Made by a program: the position numbers and the translations under genes. From Patescibacteria group bacterium (GTDB taxonomy: Bacteria; Patescibacteriota; Minisyncoccia; 2-02-FULL-40-12; GWA2-44-9): a DNA stretch of 64,000 nucleotides. The stretch is taken from contig JBBTSY010000004.1 in assembly GCA_038064515.1 (NCBI GenBank), positions 32,585 through 96,584 of the forward strand, in the 5' to 3' direction. This document shows positions 49,394 to 60,174 of the stretch, one piece after another (within the stretch, counting starts at the first letter, position 1; every line of letters begins with the position of its first letter). The notes under the pieces are model-generated. The model was not told where the DNA came from and did no database searches. It was given only the letters and a program-made list of their open reading frames with translations.

Positions 49394-51727
49394 CTATTTC
49401 AGCGCGACTTTCAATACGTCGTCCATTGTCTTAGCAAACATGAACTTGATATCTTTTTTCACTTCTTTAGGAATCTCGTCGAGGTCTTTTTTGTTTTCGA
49501 ATGGCAAAATGATTGTCTTGATGCCAGCGCGATGAGCGGCGAGCACTTTTTCATTAATGCCGCCAATTTCCATAACTTTGCCGCGCAGGGTGATTTCTCC
49601 GGTCATAGCCACTTCTTTCTTGACCGGCATATCTAGAAAAAGAGAAACGAGTGAAGTAGTAATAGCAGTGCCGGCGGAAGGCCCGTCTTTCTTTACGGCA
49701 CCCATCGGCACATGAATATGAATATCGTGCTTGGCAAACTCTTCTTCAACGCCTTTTTTCGCTACCCAGGCGCGAGCAAAACTCAATGCCGCCTGCGCAG
49801 ATTCCTTCATCACCAAACCAAGCTGACCCGTAAGGATAAGGTGGCCCTTTCCGGGCATTCTGGAAGTTTCAATCGTGAGCACTTCGCCGCCGACGGGAGT
49901 CCAAGCAAGGCCCATCACAACGCCGATCTCATCTTTCGTGTGCGCAACCTGGTGCGTAATTTTGGCCGGGCCGAGATATTTATGAATGGCTTCTTTAATG
50001 ACTATAATCGTTTTAATTGAAGGTGATTCCACGAGCTTTCTTGTCACTTTTCGAATGATGGTTCCAAGCTGGCGTTCAAGGTCCCGAACACCCGCTTCCC
50101 GCGTATGATGCCGCACAACGTCCATTACGGCCGAATTTTTAATCGTCAAGGATTTCTTCGCCAAGCCATGCTCTCGCAAGAGTTTTGGGATAATAAAATC
50201 TTCGGCAATTTTTACTTTCTCTTGTTCGGCATAGCCAGGAAATTCAATGATTTCCAAACGATCGCGCAACGCGGGAGGAATCGTTTCCAAAGTATTGGCC
50301 GTCGTAACAAACATCACATCCGATAGATCGAATGGAACTTCAAGGTAGTGATCTGAAAATGCTTGGTTTTGGGCGGGATCGAGCGCTTCTAAGAGAGCGG
50401 CAGATGGATCGCCTCGAAAATCCATACCAATCTTATCAATTTCATCGAGCATAAAGACTGGATTTTTCACTTTCGAAGTATGGATGCCTTGGATAATACG
50501 TCCTGGCAAAGCGCCAACATAAGTTCGGCGATGGCCGCGGATTTCAGCTTCATCCCGCAAGCCACCGAGGGACATTCGAACAAACTTGCGGCCTAATGCC
50601 CTGGCGATGGATTGTCCGATGGAAGTCTTGCCGACTCCCGGAGGCCCCACAAAACACAAAATAGGACCGCGCAACTTGTTCATCTGCTTTTTCACGGCTA
50701 GATATTCAATGATGCGTTCCTTAACTTTTTTCAAACCATGGTGATCCTGGTCAAGCACTTTCTGCGCTTCTTTTAAATCAATGCGCTCTTTAGTCTTATC
50801 GCTCCACGGTAATTCAACAAGCCAGTCAAGGTAGCTTCGAAGGTAGGAAACTTCAGGGCTGAAATTGGGCATTTTACTCAAGCGGTTAAGCTCCTTTATT
50901 GCTTTTTCTTCGGTCTCTTTGGGCATGCCTGCGGTTGTGATTTTTTTTCTTAAAACATCGTATTCCGCCTGCTCATCTTCTACGCCAAGCTCTTTCTCGA
51001 TGCTTTTAAGCTGTTCGCGAAGGAATAACTCCTTTTGCATCTTACCAATCTTTTTCTTTGTTTCCTTCATTAAGTCCTTTTCAGCTTCGACGATATCGAG
51101 TTCGCGAGTCAGGGTAATATTAAGCTGTTCTAAAACCTGCTTCACATTGATGGTTTCCAAAATATGCTGTTGATCCTGAACTTCCAGATTTAAATTAGCG
51201 GCAATTAAGCTGATAATCTGTTCGGGATCCTTTAGTTGTGACATCATATAGATCACTTCTGGTAGAATTGCCGGGAATGAGCGGATCTCGGAAATCTTTC
51301 GGAATTGATCAATGACGCGGCGCATTAGAACTTTTTCCTCTATATCATCTTCATGGGCATGAAGTGTTACCGGGCTTGCCTTCACGTTGAAAAACTGGCC
51401 GTGATCATCAAGCTTAACAATGTCCGCACGAACGATGCCTTCGACGTCGATCTTTGAAGATCCGTCGGGCAATTTAAAAACGGAGATGACACGGCCAATA
51501 GTGCCAATGCGAAATAGATCCTGCTCATTGACTTCGTCTTCGATATTTTTTTGCGTAGCAAAAAATATGAGGTTGTTGCGAAGCATGGCCGCATCAAGAG
51601 CATTTATGGATTTAGGCCGCTGGACGATAAGCGGCATGACAATTTTCGGGAATAAAACCGTATTCTTTAAGGCAATAAGTGGCAGGTCCTCGGGAATGGT
51701 TAAATTGTTGACTTTGTAACTTGACAT
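49394..51727 (-). CDS. lon: Lon protease
   Basis: GPPGVGKTS, LDEIDK, KDGPSAG, AMTGEITLRG. Confidence 0.98.
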   Translation of the reverse strand: MSSYKVNNLTIPEDLPLIALKNTVLFPKIVMPLIVQRPKSINALDAAMLRNNLIFFATQKNIEDEVNEQDLFRIGTIGRVISVFKLPDGSSKIDVEGIVRADIVKLDDHGQFFNVKASPVTLHAHEDDIEEKVLMRRVIDQFRKISEIRSFPAILPEVIYMMSQLKDPEQIISLIAANLNLEVQDQQHILETINVKQVLEQLNITLTRELDIVEAEKDLMKETKKKIGKMQKELFLREQLKSIEKELGVEDEQAEYDVLRKKITTAGMPKETEEKAIKELNRLSKMPNFSPEVSYLRSYLDWLVELPWSDKTKERIDLKEAQKVLDQDHHGLKKVKERIIEYLAVKKQMNKLRGPILCFVGPPGVGKTSIGQSIARALGRKFVRMSLGGLRDEAEIRGHRRTYVGALPGRIIQGIHTSKVKNPVFMLDEIDKIGMDFRGDPSAALLEALDPAQNQAFSDHYLEVPFDLSDVMFVTTANTLETIPPALRDRLEIIEFPGYAEQEKVKIAEDFIIPKLLREHGLAKKSLTIKNSAVMDVVRHHTREAGVRDLERQLGTIIRKVTRKLVESPSIKTIIVIKEAIHKYLGPAKITHQVAHTKDEIGVVMGLAWTPVGGEVLTIETSRMPGKGHLILTGQLGLVMKESAQAALSFARAWVAKKGVEEEFAKHDIHIHVPMGAVKKDGPSAGTAITTSLVSLFLDMPVKKEVAMTGEITLRGKVMEIGGINEKVLAAHRAGIKTIILPFENKKDLDEIPKEVKKDIKFMFAKTMDDVLKVALK

Positions 51728-51775
51728 CGGTGTTAGGATTATATCTTAAATTCAAAAAAAATCAATCCATACCTT

Positions 51776-53143
51776 TTATAGCTCGGCAATAAAGCCGGGA
51801 GAAGGTACGCTAGCTTTGACGCTTACGTCGGTCGTTATTTTTCGGGCTAAAGATTCCGCGACCTCCGCTTCTCCCTGAACCACGAAAACCTGCTTAATCC
51901 CCCTTCCTTCATTGCTCTTGGTAATGAATTTTATTAATCCATCTTGGTCCGCATGAGCAGAATATCCTCCGATAGCTTTTACTTGGCAATGAACAGGAAC
52001 TTTTTGGCCCAAAACTGTTACTTCCGGTTCTCCGTCAAGGATTCTTCTCCCCAGACTTCCTTCTACCTGATACCCTATGAATAAAATGGTGTTATCGCGG
52101 CCGCTTAGATATCTGGATTCGTGATGAATAATCCTGCCTCCTTGAGACATTCCTGATCCCGCAACGATGATTTTGGGCGCCTCAACATCATTGATACGTT
52201 TAGAATCATTGACCGTAGGAGTGAATGTCAGCCATGGAAATTGAAATAATCCGCCATGCTCTTTCAAAATACTTAATGCCACGGCATTAAAATAATGCGA
52301 AAAGCGGCCGTAGGCTTGAGTCATTTTAATAGCAAGCGGACTGTCTAAATACACGGGTACTGGCGGGATGCGCTTTTGTTCTATGAGAATATCAATTTCG
52401 AGGAGCAGTTCCTGTATTCTTTCAACAGCAAACGCGGGAACCATTAAGACGCCGCGGCGGTGTATCGTATCTGTGATAACCCCTTGAAGGATATCACGGC
52501 GGATAGCGCGATCTTCATGAATGCGGTTGCCATACGCCGATTCGATAATGGCATAATCGGCATCTTTTACATAATCGATCGGATTCAGGAGTGGTGCCGG
52601 CGGATTTCCTAAATCTCCCGAAAACACGATTCGTTTTGACGCGACGCCTTCTTGGACTACGATTTCCACGATAGCCGAGCCGAGGATATGGCTTCCTTCG
52701 TGAAATGTGAGCATAACTCGATCATTCAGGCGGATTGGTCTGGCATACGGCATGCCCCGCACCAGGGTCATTGATTCATCCAAATCGTTCTGCCTATACA
52801 AGGGCGGATGGCCCATGCCTTTAGCTTCTTCTTCAATCCGTTCCAGAGTATCTTCAAGCGCAATCGGCATCAATGCCTGCGTAGGTTCAGTCGTGATAAT
52901 CTGTCCCCTGAATCCGTCGCGATAGAGCTTCGGAACACGGCCAATGTGGTCGGCGTGTGTGTGAGTGATGAGAAGATAATCAATGTCGGCCGGATCATAG
53001 GCAAAGGGATGATAATTGAGCTCTTCACTGAATCGGCTTCCCTGAAACAAGCCGCAATCAACAAGAATCTTTAAATCATCTGCCTCCAGCAAATAATTAG
53101 CTCCGGTGACGGATTTTGCTCCACCATAAAAATGTAGGCGCAT
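51776..53143 (-). CDS. MBL-fold beta-CASP ribonuclease
   Basis: THTHADHIG, HILGS, FSGDLG, ESAYG, YSAHAD. Confidence 0.93.
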   Translation of the reverse strand: MRLHFYGGAKSVTGANYLLEADDLKILVDCGLFQGSRFSEELNYHPFAYDPADIDYLLITHTHADHIGRVPKLYRDGFRGQIITTEPTQALMPIALEDTLERIEEEAKGMGHPPLYRQNDLDESMTLVRGMPYARPIRLNDRVMLTFHEGSHILGSAIVEIVVQEGVASKRIVFSGDLGNPPAPLLNPIDYVKDADYAIIESAYGNRIHEDRAIRRDILQGVITDTIHRRGVLMVPAFAVERIQELLLEIDILIEQKRIPPVPVYLDSPLAIKMTQAYGRFSHYFNAVALSILKEHGGLFQFPWLTFTPTVNDSKRINDVEAPKIIVAGSGMSQGGRIIHHESRYLSGRDNTILFIGYQVEGSLGRRILDGEPEVTVLGQKVPVHCQVKAIGGYSAHADQDGLIKFITKSNEGRGIKQVFVVQGEAEVAESLARKITTDVSVKASVPSPGFIAEL

Positions 53144-53144
53144 T

Positions 53145-53972
53145 TTAGAGAAAGATGGATATAAAATATCCGAGGATGCTTGCCGTGGCAATCGGCGGCA
53201 AGGCGGCCATCGCCTGGCGCTGGCCTTGATTAACGAAAAGGAGGTGCGTCACAAAAAGTCCCGCTGCGGAGAAACCGGCCACGATGAACGCGCTTGTCAA
53301 TGATGTCGTCACGAGCGATGCCGCAAACATGATTGGCAGACCGATATCGCCCGAGCCAAGAATCATACATCGGTCACGAAAATTATTATTACCGATCCGC
53401 ATTAAAAAATCGCGATACTGAATAGGAATCAAAAAGCCGAAGATCGCGCCGCTCTGAACCATATTCTCTGCTAAACGCACCATATGTTTAGTCTTATATA
53501 CGGAAATAATATCGTAAATGGAAAGCGCTGAAATAATTAAAAGCGCGGCAATGGGAGTCACGCTTAATCCTAATAGGGCCGCAATGCCCGCGATACCCAG
53601 GATGATGCCGATATTGTGCGTAAGAATTGTTTTAATCAACATCATCATTGCCGCCAAAGAAAGCGCGGCAAGAATATCCCATGGGGATGTTAAAAAGGAA
53701 GCAAAAAAGAGCTGTGAGCCGGAAACCGTGATTAAGATCAGAAAAATTTTAAAGGAAACGGCGGCAACGCGCTTAAACTTGGAAAGAATAAACGAGAACA
53801 AAAGAAACGAAATGATAATGAGGAAGAGATTCGGCCAAGAAAACTGCAACGGTTCCACGATAATCGTATCGGGAGCATAAGAGCCATAATGATAGGCCAC
53901 AAAGAGCCCCACACTCATCGCCGCCGCGAAAAGTAGAAGTTCTTTTAAAAAAAGAGAGAGTTTATAATTCAA
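53145..53972 (-). CDS. Presenilin/SPP-like (GxGD) intramembrane aspartyl protease
   Basis: IYDIISV, LGSGD, AALPP. Confidence 0.85.
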   Translation of the reverse strand: MNYKLSLFLKELLLFAAAMSVGLFVAYHYGSYAPDTIIVEPLQFSWPNLFLIIISFLLFSFILSKFKRVAAVSFKIFLILITVSGSQLFFASFLTSPWDILAALSLAAMMMLIKTILTHNIGIILGIAGIAALLGLSVTPIAALLIISALSIYDIISVYKTKHMVRLAENMVQSGAIFGFLIPIQYRDFLMRIGNNNFRDRCMILGSGDIGLPIMFAASLVTTSLTSAFIVAGFSAAGLFVTHLLFVNQGQRQAMAALPPIATASILGYFISIFL

Positions 53973-53975
53973 TAT

Positions 53976-54254
53976 TTATTGATTCCACGGATGAGAGGGA
54001 TAATTACTTAAAAGCCATCCGTACCCCTCCCCTTTAGGAATTCTTACGCTGTTCAAACGCATCCAAGTATCCATGGCCAATCGCTGAGTCGGCGTAATTC
54101 TTTGTACCTGTGTATCTTGCGCAGTCTGAACTATGAGCTCTGAATCAAAGTTCTTCAATGAGATAAAAATCAATGAAACACAGAAACCAGTAAATAGAAA
54201 TATGAAGGCTCCTCCTATGTACGACTCGACTTGAAATGTCAGTGGATTTCTCAT
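53976..54254 (-). CDS. Hypothetical membrane protein
   Basis: 92 aa, one TM, operon spacing. Confidence 0.6.
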   Translation of the reverse strand: MRNPLTFQVESYIGGAFIFLFTGFCVSLIFISLKNFDSELIVQTAQDTQVQRITPTQRLAMDTWMRLNSVRIPKGEGYGWLLSNYPSHPWNQ

Positions 54255-54261
54255 GCGGTAA

Positions 54262-54741
54262 CTATCGAACCATTATCGTTCCCGTCTCGTTAATGTTTCT
54301 CTCATTATGATATCCGAAAATACCCTTCGTAGCAAAAGTGAAACCAAAAGTACTGCCCGGCTGGACGTCGCCAATGCTATCAAATCCTGCGACATTATTG
54401 TGCTCGGGATGAGGATCCGAAACTACATATATCGAAAAGAGGCCATCGTTGCGGAAACGAACCGTATCTCCCGCATGAATGCGAAGATTAGTCGGGCTAA
54501 ACACTCCTACCCGATATGATACGGTATACATGCGAGGCTGGCGGGATTCAGTCGGTGTAGGCGATTGCGAACTATCAGTCACGGCTTCGCCCGAACTGTT
54601 TTTTGAACCGAAAATGCTTACGGCAAAAGCCATCAAAATAAGAACAAGGATGATAAGAATCCAAAACGTACCGGTATCACTTAGAGTGTTTAATCGTTCT
54701 TCTTCCTTTCGAGCAAGTTGAGGAATATAATCCGGGTCCAT
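54262..54741 (-). CDS. Membrane-anchored cupredoxin-like protein
   Basis: FSPTNLRIHAGDTVRF, SDPHPEH, GIFGYHN; lacks the type-1 Cu Cys. Confidence 0.75.
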   Translation of the reverse strand: MDPDYIPQLARKEEERLNTLSDTGTFWILIILVLILMAFAVSIFGSKNSSGEAVTDSSQSPTPTESRQPRMYTVSYRVGVFSPTNLRIHAGDTVRFRNDGLFSIYVVSDPHPEHNNVAGFDSIGDVQPGSTFGFTFATKGIFGYHNERNINETGTIMVR

Positions 54742-54790
54742 TTATACGCATCTTAGTATAATAAAAAAGAGACTGCAACGAGCCGAGCGG

Positions 54791-56071
54791 TTATTTCTTG
54801 AGAGCGTCGAGAACTACTCTTCGATCGGACCAAGGAATCTTTTTTCCGCCGGCAACAGCAAGCGTTGTCTCCGAGCCCTTCCCGGTGATGACGACGATAT
54901 CGCCGTCTTGAGCGCGACGAATCGCGGCGCCGATGGCCTGTTCGCGATCCATAATATACCGTATCTTCGATAGATTTTTTATGCCTTTTGCTACTTCGTT
55001 GAGAATCTTCTCCGGATCTTCTTCGTAAGGATCTTCATTTGTTAAAATAATTTCCCGGCAATACTGATCGGCAATGCGTCCAAACTCCGGCCGCTTCCAG
55101 GTATCGCGGCCGCCACCGGCGGCGCCCAAGACGCAAATCAGCTTTTTCTCCCCGGGAAGCTCGCGCGAAAGCGCGCCGTACGCCGCCTCTAAGGAATCGG
55201 GCGTATGGGCATAATCAACCACAACGCTGAATGGTTTTTTCTGTACAAATTCCATGCGACCGGGAATATTATTAATGGATTCCAGAGCCGGTTGGGCGGT
55301 AGGCAGGTCGACGCCATACATCGCTCCCACGGAAAGAGCCGCTAATGCGTTATAAATATTAAATTTTCCCCCAAAATGTAGTGTGAATGACGTAGAGTAT
55401 AGATCAAAGAATGATACATCTAAGCTCAACTTTATATTGATCGCCCGCATCTCGCCGCGTTCTAAACCGTAGAATATCTTCTTGTGCGCCAAAAAATTCC
55501 CGAAAGATTCCGCGTGGGGATCATCGACATTAATAACATGAATGTTGCTCGTCCGCTTAAAGAGCTCCTGCTTCGCTTTTAAATAATTCTCGAATGAGCC
55601 ATGTGCTTCAATGTGCTCTTTGTGGAGATTGGTAAAAACCGCGCAGTCGAAATCAATACCGAGGTGGCGTTTTTGCCTGATGCCCTCGGACGTAACTTCC
55701 AACACTACGTGCGTGCATCCGGCTTTTTTTGCTTTGGACAAAAATTTCTGCAATCGGAACCGACCAGGCATTGTCATCTTCAGCGTGTTGGGCCATTCCT
55801 TATCTTTGATCTTATAGCCCAACGATCCGATAGCCGCCACCTGGTGGCCTCCTGCTTCAAGAACTTTGGAAATTAGGTAGACAGTCGTAGATTTACCCTT
55901 TGTTCCCGTCACACCGATCACTTTCATCGATTTCGAAGGAAAGCCGTATATAATGGCTCCGGTATGGGAAAGAAGGGTGTGGTAGTGTGGCTGAAAAAAA
56001 GCAAAAACAGACTTCGGAATGAGCTTTCGGATGTAATACAGAATTTTATCGAAGATAGTTTCTTGAAGCAT
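54791..56071 (-). CDS. murE: Mur ligase (MurE-like)
   Basis: GVTGTKGKSTT, EVTSEG, PGRME, DYAHTPD, TGKGSE. Confidence 0.88.
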   Translation of the reverse strand: MLQETIFDKILYYIRKLIPKSVFAFFQPHYHTLLSHTGAIIYGFPSKSMKVIGVTGTKGKSTTVYLISKVLEAGGHQVAAIGSLGYKIKDKEWPNTLKMTMPGRFRLQKFLSKAKKAGCTHVVLEVTSEGIRQKRHLGIDFDCAVFTNLHKEHIEAHGSFENYLKAKQELFKRTSNIHVINVDDPHAESFGNFLAHKKIFYGLERGEMRAINIKLSLDVSFFDLYSTSFTLHFGGKFNIYNALAALSVGAMYGVDLPTAQPALESINNIPGRMEFVQKKPFSVVVDYAHTPDSLEAAYGALSRELPGEKKLICVLGAAGGGRDTWKRPEFGRIADQYCREIILTNEDPYEEDPEKILNEVAKGIKNLSKIRYIMDREQAIGAAIRRAQDGDIVVITGKGSETTLAVAGGKKIPWSDRRVVLDALKK

Positions 56072-56979
56072 CAGCGGATTTTTCTTGCCAGATTGTAGAT
56101 GAAATACCAGAATTTTGAAATAGGCAGGTCAAATGAGCCGGGATATTCAATTGTTTGTCCTCCAAAACCGAGCTTAAAGCGAGTTACGCCCGGCCAGCGT
56201 TGAGCATCAATGCCCCAAAAGTCATAGAAAAGAAAGCCAAGAGCTTTCAAGTGCTTGATGATATCCCAATGAAGGGCGTACGGCGCCATTAAGTTTCGAA
56301 AATCGTGATCTGAAGCCCCGTGCAGATAATAACTAGTATCATCGCACATAAGTATTATCGCTCCCGCGACCGGAGTTTTTCCATGGTAAGCAATTAGGAG
56401 ATTGGTTTTAAGCCGGCCGTCTAGTGTCAGCAACTTTTGATAGTATTTCTTTTCGTGAGCATAGAACTTATCGTGAGTCGTCGTTTTCTTGAGTAAATTC
56501 CAAAATATTTCTATGTCATCGCTTAATTGCACCCTGATGTCATGATTCTGGGCAAGCTTAATATTGTAGCGTGTCTTGTGATGCATTTGAGATAATAGGA
56601 CATCCTCTTGCAACGCAAGATTAAGCGCCACTGTCTTGTGCGGTTGGATATGCTTCTTGGACTTTCGCAAGCCGAAGTCAAAGATGAGTTCGGTTATCGT
56701 ATCGGAAAGCGGTTCTATTTTCACAAAAATAGATTTCTGTTCCCGAGCAAGCTCCCGAAGATATTTGAAAAAGAATCCGATCTCATGCTTGAGGCCGCCT
56801 TCAATTCCATCAAATTGAATCGTTGGGCCATGCGGAATGTACAAATAATTTTTACCGAACGGCAGATCATGCCGGATGATATTGGCGCCGATCTTTCCGT
56901 TGTCGAATCTAAACGTCTTTCTGCCTACGGCAGTTTGGAACTCCAGCCATTCATCGGTTTGTAAAAATGATTTACGCAT
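56071..56979 (-). CDS. FemAB/FemX family lipid II aminoacyltransferase
   Basis: FLQTDEW, YIPHGP, KTRYNI, YLHGAS, YDFWG, RFKLGFGG. Confidence 0.92.
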   Translation of the reverse strand: MRKSFLQTDEWLEFQTAVGRKTFRFDNGKIGANIIRHDLPFGKNYLYIPHGPTIQFDGIEGGLKHEIGFFFKYLRELAREQKSIFVKIEPLSDTITELIFDFGLRKSKKHIQPHKTVALNLALQEDVLLSQMHHKTRYNIKLAQNHDIRVQLSDDIEIFWNLLKKTTTHDKFYAHEKKYYQKLLTLDGRLKTNLLIAYHGKTPVAGAIILMCDDTSYYLHGASDHDFRNLMAPYALHWDIIKHLKALGFLFYDFWGIDAQRWPGVTRFKLGFGGQTIEYPGSFDLPISKFWYFIYNLARKIR

Positions 56980-56980
56980 A

Positions 56981-57565
56981 CTATTTCTTATTAAGAATCT
57001 GCAACGCTTCTTTCACGCGATCATGGAGGTTGTTGGTTTTCTTTACTTCCTTGAGTGCATCATGCGCTTGAGTCTGACTGTATCCCAGCGCCAGAAGAGC
57101 TTCGAGCGCTTGCGATTCCTGGCCCAGATCTATACCAGCCATGTCACCCATATCCAGATGGTCTACCTTGTTTTTCAGTTCCAAAATGAGGCGCTGGGCG
57201 GTTTTGGGGCCCAGGCCAGAAATCTTTTTGAGATAGGAGGCGTCATCATTCATTACGGCTGCTTTTAGGTGCCTCGCTTCGATTGAGGCAAGAATATTCA
57301 TGGCATTTTTTGAGCCGATTCCCTGTACCGAAGTAAGGAGATTGAACAGGTCAAGACCTTCCTTGGTGTCAAAGCCATACATATCAAAAGTACCTTCGCG
57401 AAGGTTCATTTGGGAGTGTAAAAATAGCTTGACTTTGCCCTCAGATTTTGCTAAACTATCTAGCGTTTTGGGAACAATATGGACCTTATATCCAACGCCA
57501 CCCGCATTCACGATTACAAATCGATCTCCGCGATATTCAATAGTACCTTCCACGAAGCTAATCAT
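56981..57565 (-). CDS. ruvA: Holliday junction branch migration protein
   Basis: GGVGY, VQGIG, GLGPKTAQRLILEL, ALLALGY. Confidence 0.96.
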   Translation of the reverse strand: MISFVEGTIEYRGDRFVIVNAGGVGYKVHIVPKTLDSLAKSEGKVKLFLHSQMNLREGTFDMYGFDTKEGLDLFNLLTSVQGIGSKNAMNILASIEARHLKAAVMNDDASYLKKISGLGPKTAQRLILELKNKVDHLDMGDMAGIDLGQESQALEALLALGYSQTQAHDALKEVKKTNNLHDRVKEALQILNKK

Positions 57566-57613
57566 GCCCCTACGATAGCATAAAGGGGCTAAAAACGTAA
57601 ACTTTTACCCTAA

Positions 57614-59611
57614 ATGTTCAAACTAGTTTCTCGCTATAAACCGGCCGGCGATCAGCCTGAAGCCATCGAAAAGCTCACGCAAGGGCTCAAGAAGGGCAAA
57701 AAGCATCAGGTGCTTTTGGGCGTCACCGGATCGGGAAAAACATTCACGATGGCTCACGTCATCGCTAACTATGAAAAACCGACACTCATCATCTCGCATA
57801 ATAAAACACTTGCCGCCCAGCTCTATCGCGAATTCAAAGAATTTTTCCCGCACAATGCCGTCCATTATTTTGTAAGCTACTATGATTACTACCAGCCGGA
57901 AGCATATATTCCCCACTCGCATACATATATCGAAAAAGATTCCAAAATCAACGAAGAGATTGATCGGCTTCGACACGCGGCGACGCAGGCATTGATGGCC
58001 CGTGACGATGTAATCATCGTCGCTTCAGTTTCCTGTATCTACAATCTCGGCTCTCCCGAAGATTATCGCGCCATGGGTTTGGAAATATTCGAAAAAAAGA
58101 AGATTACTTCTTCAGAACTGATCCGCAACCTTATCCGCCTGCAATATGCTCATGATATTGAATTGAAACGCGGAACATTCCGCAAAACCCGTGATGAACT
58201 GGAGATCGTAAATCCGAGCGGTGAAGAAATCATAAAAATCCGGTTCAAAAATGATGTTATCTACGGTATCAGCCGCGCAATCATCAAGAACGCAGAAGAG
58301 CTGGAGACGAGTATTCCCGCCTTCGAAAAAATTGTTGAAACCACTATCTTTCCGGCGAAATATTGGATAACTACCGATAATAAGATCGGCCTGGCCGTGG
58401 AAAATATCAAGAGCGAACTCCAGAAACGAGTTCAACAGCTTAAGAAACTCGGCAAGAGCGAAGAAGCCGCGCGTCTCCAGGAAAAAACACTCAACGACAT
58501 TCAGATGATGCGCCAAACCGGATACTGTCATGGAATTGAGAATTACTCGATGCACTTGGATTTCAGAAAACCAGGTGCGCCGCCGTTCAGCTTGCTCGAC
58601 TTCTTTAAAAGCAAGGGAGATTTTTTGACGATCGTCGACGAATCGCATATTTCAATTCCCCAGCTTCGCAGTATGCATAGTGGCGATTACTCGCGTAAAA
58701 AGACGCTCGTGGACTACGGATTTCGTTTGCCTTCCGCGATTGATAATCGCCCTTTAAAGTTTCCGGAATTCCAACAACGCGTCCGGAAAACCGTCTATGT
58801 TTCCGCCACTCCCGGAAAATATGAACTGGAGAAAGCGGGCAAGAATAATATTGCCGAGCAAGTCGTTCGTCCAACCGGGCTTCTTGATCCTACAATTGAA
58901 ATCTGTCCCACAAAAGATCAAATCCCTCATCTCATCGAAAATATCAAAAAACGAACATCAAAAGGAGATCGGGTTATTGTCACTACGCTTACGAAACGCA
59001 TGGCGGAAGATTTATGCGAGCACTTAGGCGATAAGGGTATCAAAGTAAACTACTTGCACTCGGAAATTAAAACTCTCGACCGATTGAAAATTCTCAAAGA
59101 CTTCCGCTTGGGCATTTACGACGTTATTGTGGGCGTGAATCTTTTAAGAGAGGGACTGGATCTGCCCGAGGTGTCGCTCATCGCCATTCTTGATGCCGAT
59201 AAAGAAGGGTTCCTTCGCAATACAACGACGCTCATTCAAACCATGGGCCGAGCGGCTCGCAATATTAATGGCCACGTGATTATGTACGCGAATAAGCTCA
59301 CAAAATCCATCGCTTCTGCCATCAGTGAGACTACGCGCCGCCGCAAAAAGCAGAATGCTCATAATAAAAAACATGAGATTGAGCCAACTTCAATCAAGCG
59401 TCATATTTCAAGCGTGGAAATATCAAATCCCAAAGTACTGAACGATAATCGGACTGGCGACAATAGTTCTAATATCACCTTCTCAAGCCCCCGCAAACAG
59501 GCCCAAATCACTCAACTTACTAAACTGATGGAAAAAGCGGCTTACAAACTTGATTATGAACAAGCGCTCATGATCCGCGAGCAGATCCAAAAGCTTAAGC
59601 ACAAAGAATAG
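57614..59611 (+). CDS. uvrB: Excinuclease ABC subunit B
   Basis: GVTGSGKT, YYDYYQPEAY, DESH, NLLREGLDLPEV, C-terminal UVR motif. Confidence 0.98.
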   Translation: MFKLVSRYKPAGDQPEAIEKLTQGLKKGKKHQVLLGVTGSGKTFTMAHVIANYEKPTLIISHNKTLAAQLYREFKEFFPHNAVHYFVSYYDYYQPEAYIPHSHTYIEKDSKINEEIDRLRHAATQALMARDDVIIVASVSCIYNLGSPEDYRAMGLEIFEKKKITSSELIRNLIRLQYAHDIELKRGTFRKTRDELEIVNPSGEEIIKIRFKNDVIYGISRAIIKNAEELETSIPAFEKIVETTIFPAKYWITTDNKIGLAVENIKSELQKRVQQLKKLGKSEEAARLQEKTLNDIQMMRQTGYCHGIENYSMHLDFRKPGAPPFSLLDFFKSKGDFLTIVDESHISIPQLRSMHSGDYSRKKTLVDYGFRLPSAIDNRPLKFPEFQQRVRKTVYVSATPGKYELEKAGKNNIAEQVVRPTGLLDPTIEICPTKDQIPHLIENIKKRTSKGDRVIVTTLTKRMAEDLCEHLGDKGIKVNYLHSEIKTLDRLKILKDFRLGIYDVIVGVNLLREGLDLPEVSLIAILDADKEGFLRNTTTLIQTMGRAARNINGHVIMYANKLTKSIASAISETTRRRKKQNAHNKKHEIEPTSIKRHISSVEISNPKVLNDNRTGDNSSNITFSSPRKQAQITQLTKLMEKAAYKLDYEQALMIREQIQKLKHKE

Positions 59612-59698
59612 TTTCGAGGGCGTGTCTTGTGGTTTTTTAGAAATCATGATATGCTTTTCGAACTAAAAACTAATCATTATAAACTAGTAACTATCCAT

Positions 59699-59962
59699 AT
59701 GCCGAATACAAAATCAGCCATTAAGGCACTGCGACAATCAAGAAAACGACGAGTCAAAAATCTCGGCAAAAAAGACGCTTATAAGTCGGCCGTAAAGGAG
59801 TTTAAGAAATTACTTATTGCCGGCAAATTTGATGAAGCGAAACAGCTCTTGCCAAAGGTCTATCAAAAACTCGACAAAGCAACTAAGGCTAATGTTATCA
59901 AAAAGAACAAGGCCAGCCGCTTGAAATCAAAAGCCTCTAAAATGCTTGCCCGTCCAAAATAA
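59699..59962 (+). CDS. rpsT: 30S ribosomal protein S20
   Basis: MPNTKSAIKALRQS...LDKA...KNKASRLKS. Confidence 0.95.
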   Translation: MPNTKSAIKALRQSRKRRVKNLGKKDAYKSAVKEFKKLLIAGKFDEAKQLLPKVYQKLDKATKANVIKKNKASRLKSKASKMLARPK

Positions 59963-59988
59963 ATGATATAGCTAGCAGTGAAATACAT

Positions 59989-60013
59989 AAAACCCCGCAA
60001 TCGGCGGGGTTTT
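59989..60013. terminator. Bidirectional terminator between rpsT and ftsW
   Basis: aaaaccccgc-aatcg-gcggggtttt. Confidence 0.75.
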
Positions 60014-60015
60014 AA

Positions 60016-60174
60016 GAACCCATCTCAATAATGCTTTTCATGCCGAAATTTCAGGATTATGAGCGAAAAGAGTGAAGAGTGAGGAAGCAGAGTGGTACTC
60101 TGCTGACGAGATCTGATCTCTTTGCAGCCAGAATCCTGAAATTGCAGGCGAAAGGGTGTTATTGAGATGGGTTC
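60016..60174. mobile_element. MITE copy 2, flanked by TAA repeats
   Basis: GAACCCATCTCAATAA...TTATTGAGATGGGTTC; TAA on both sides; overlaps the ftsW stop. Confidence 0.9.
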
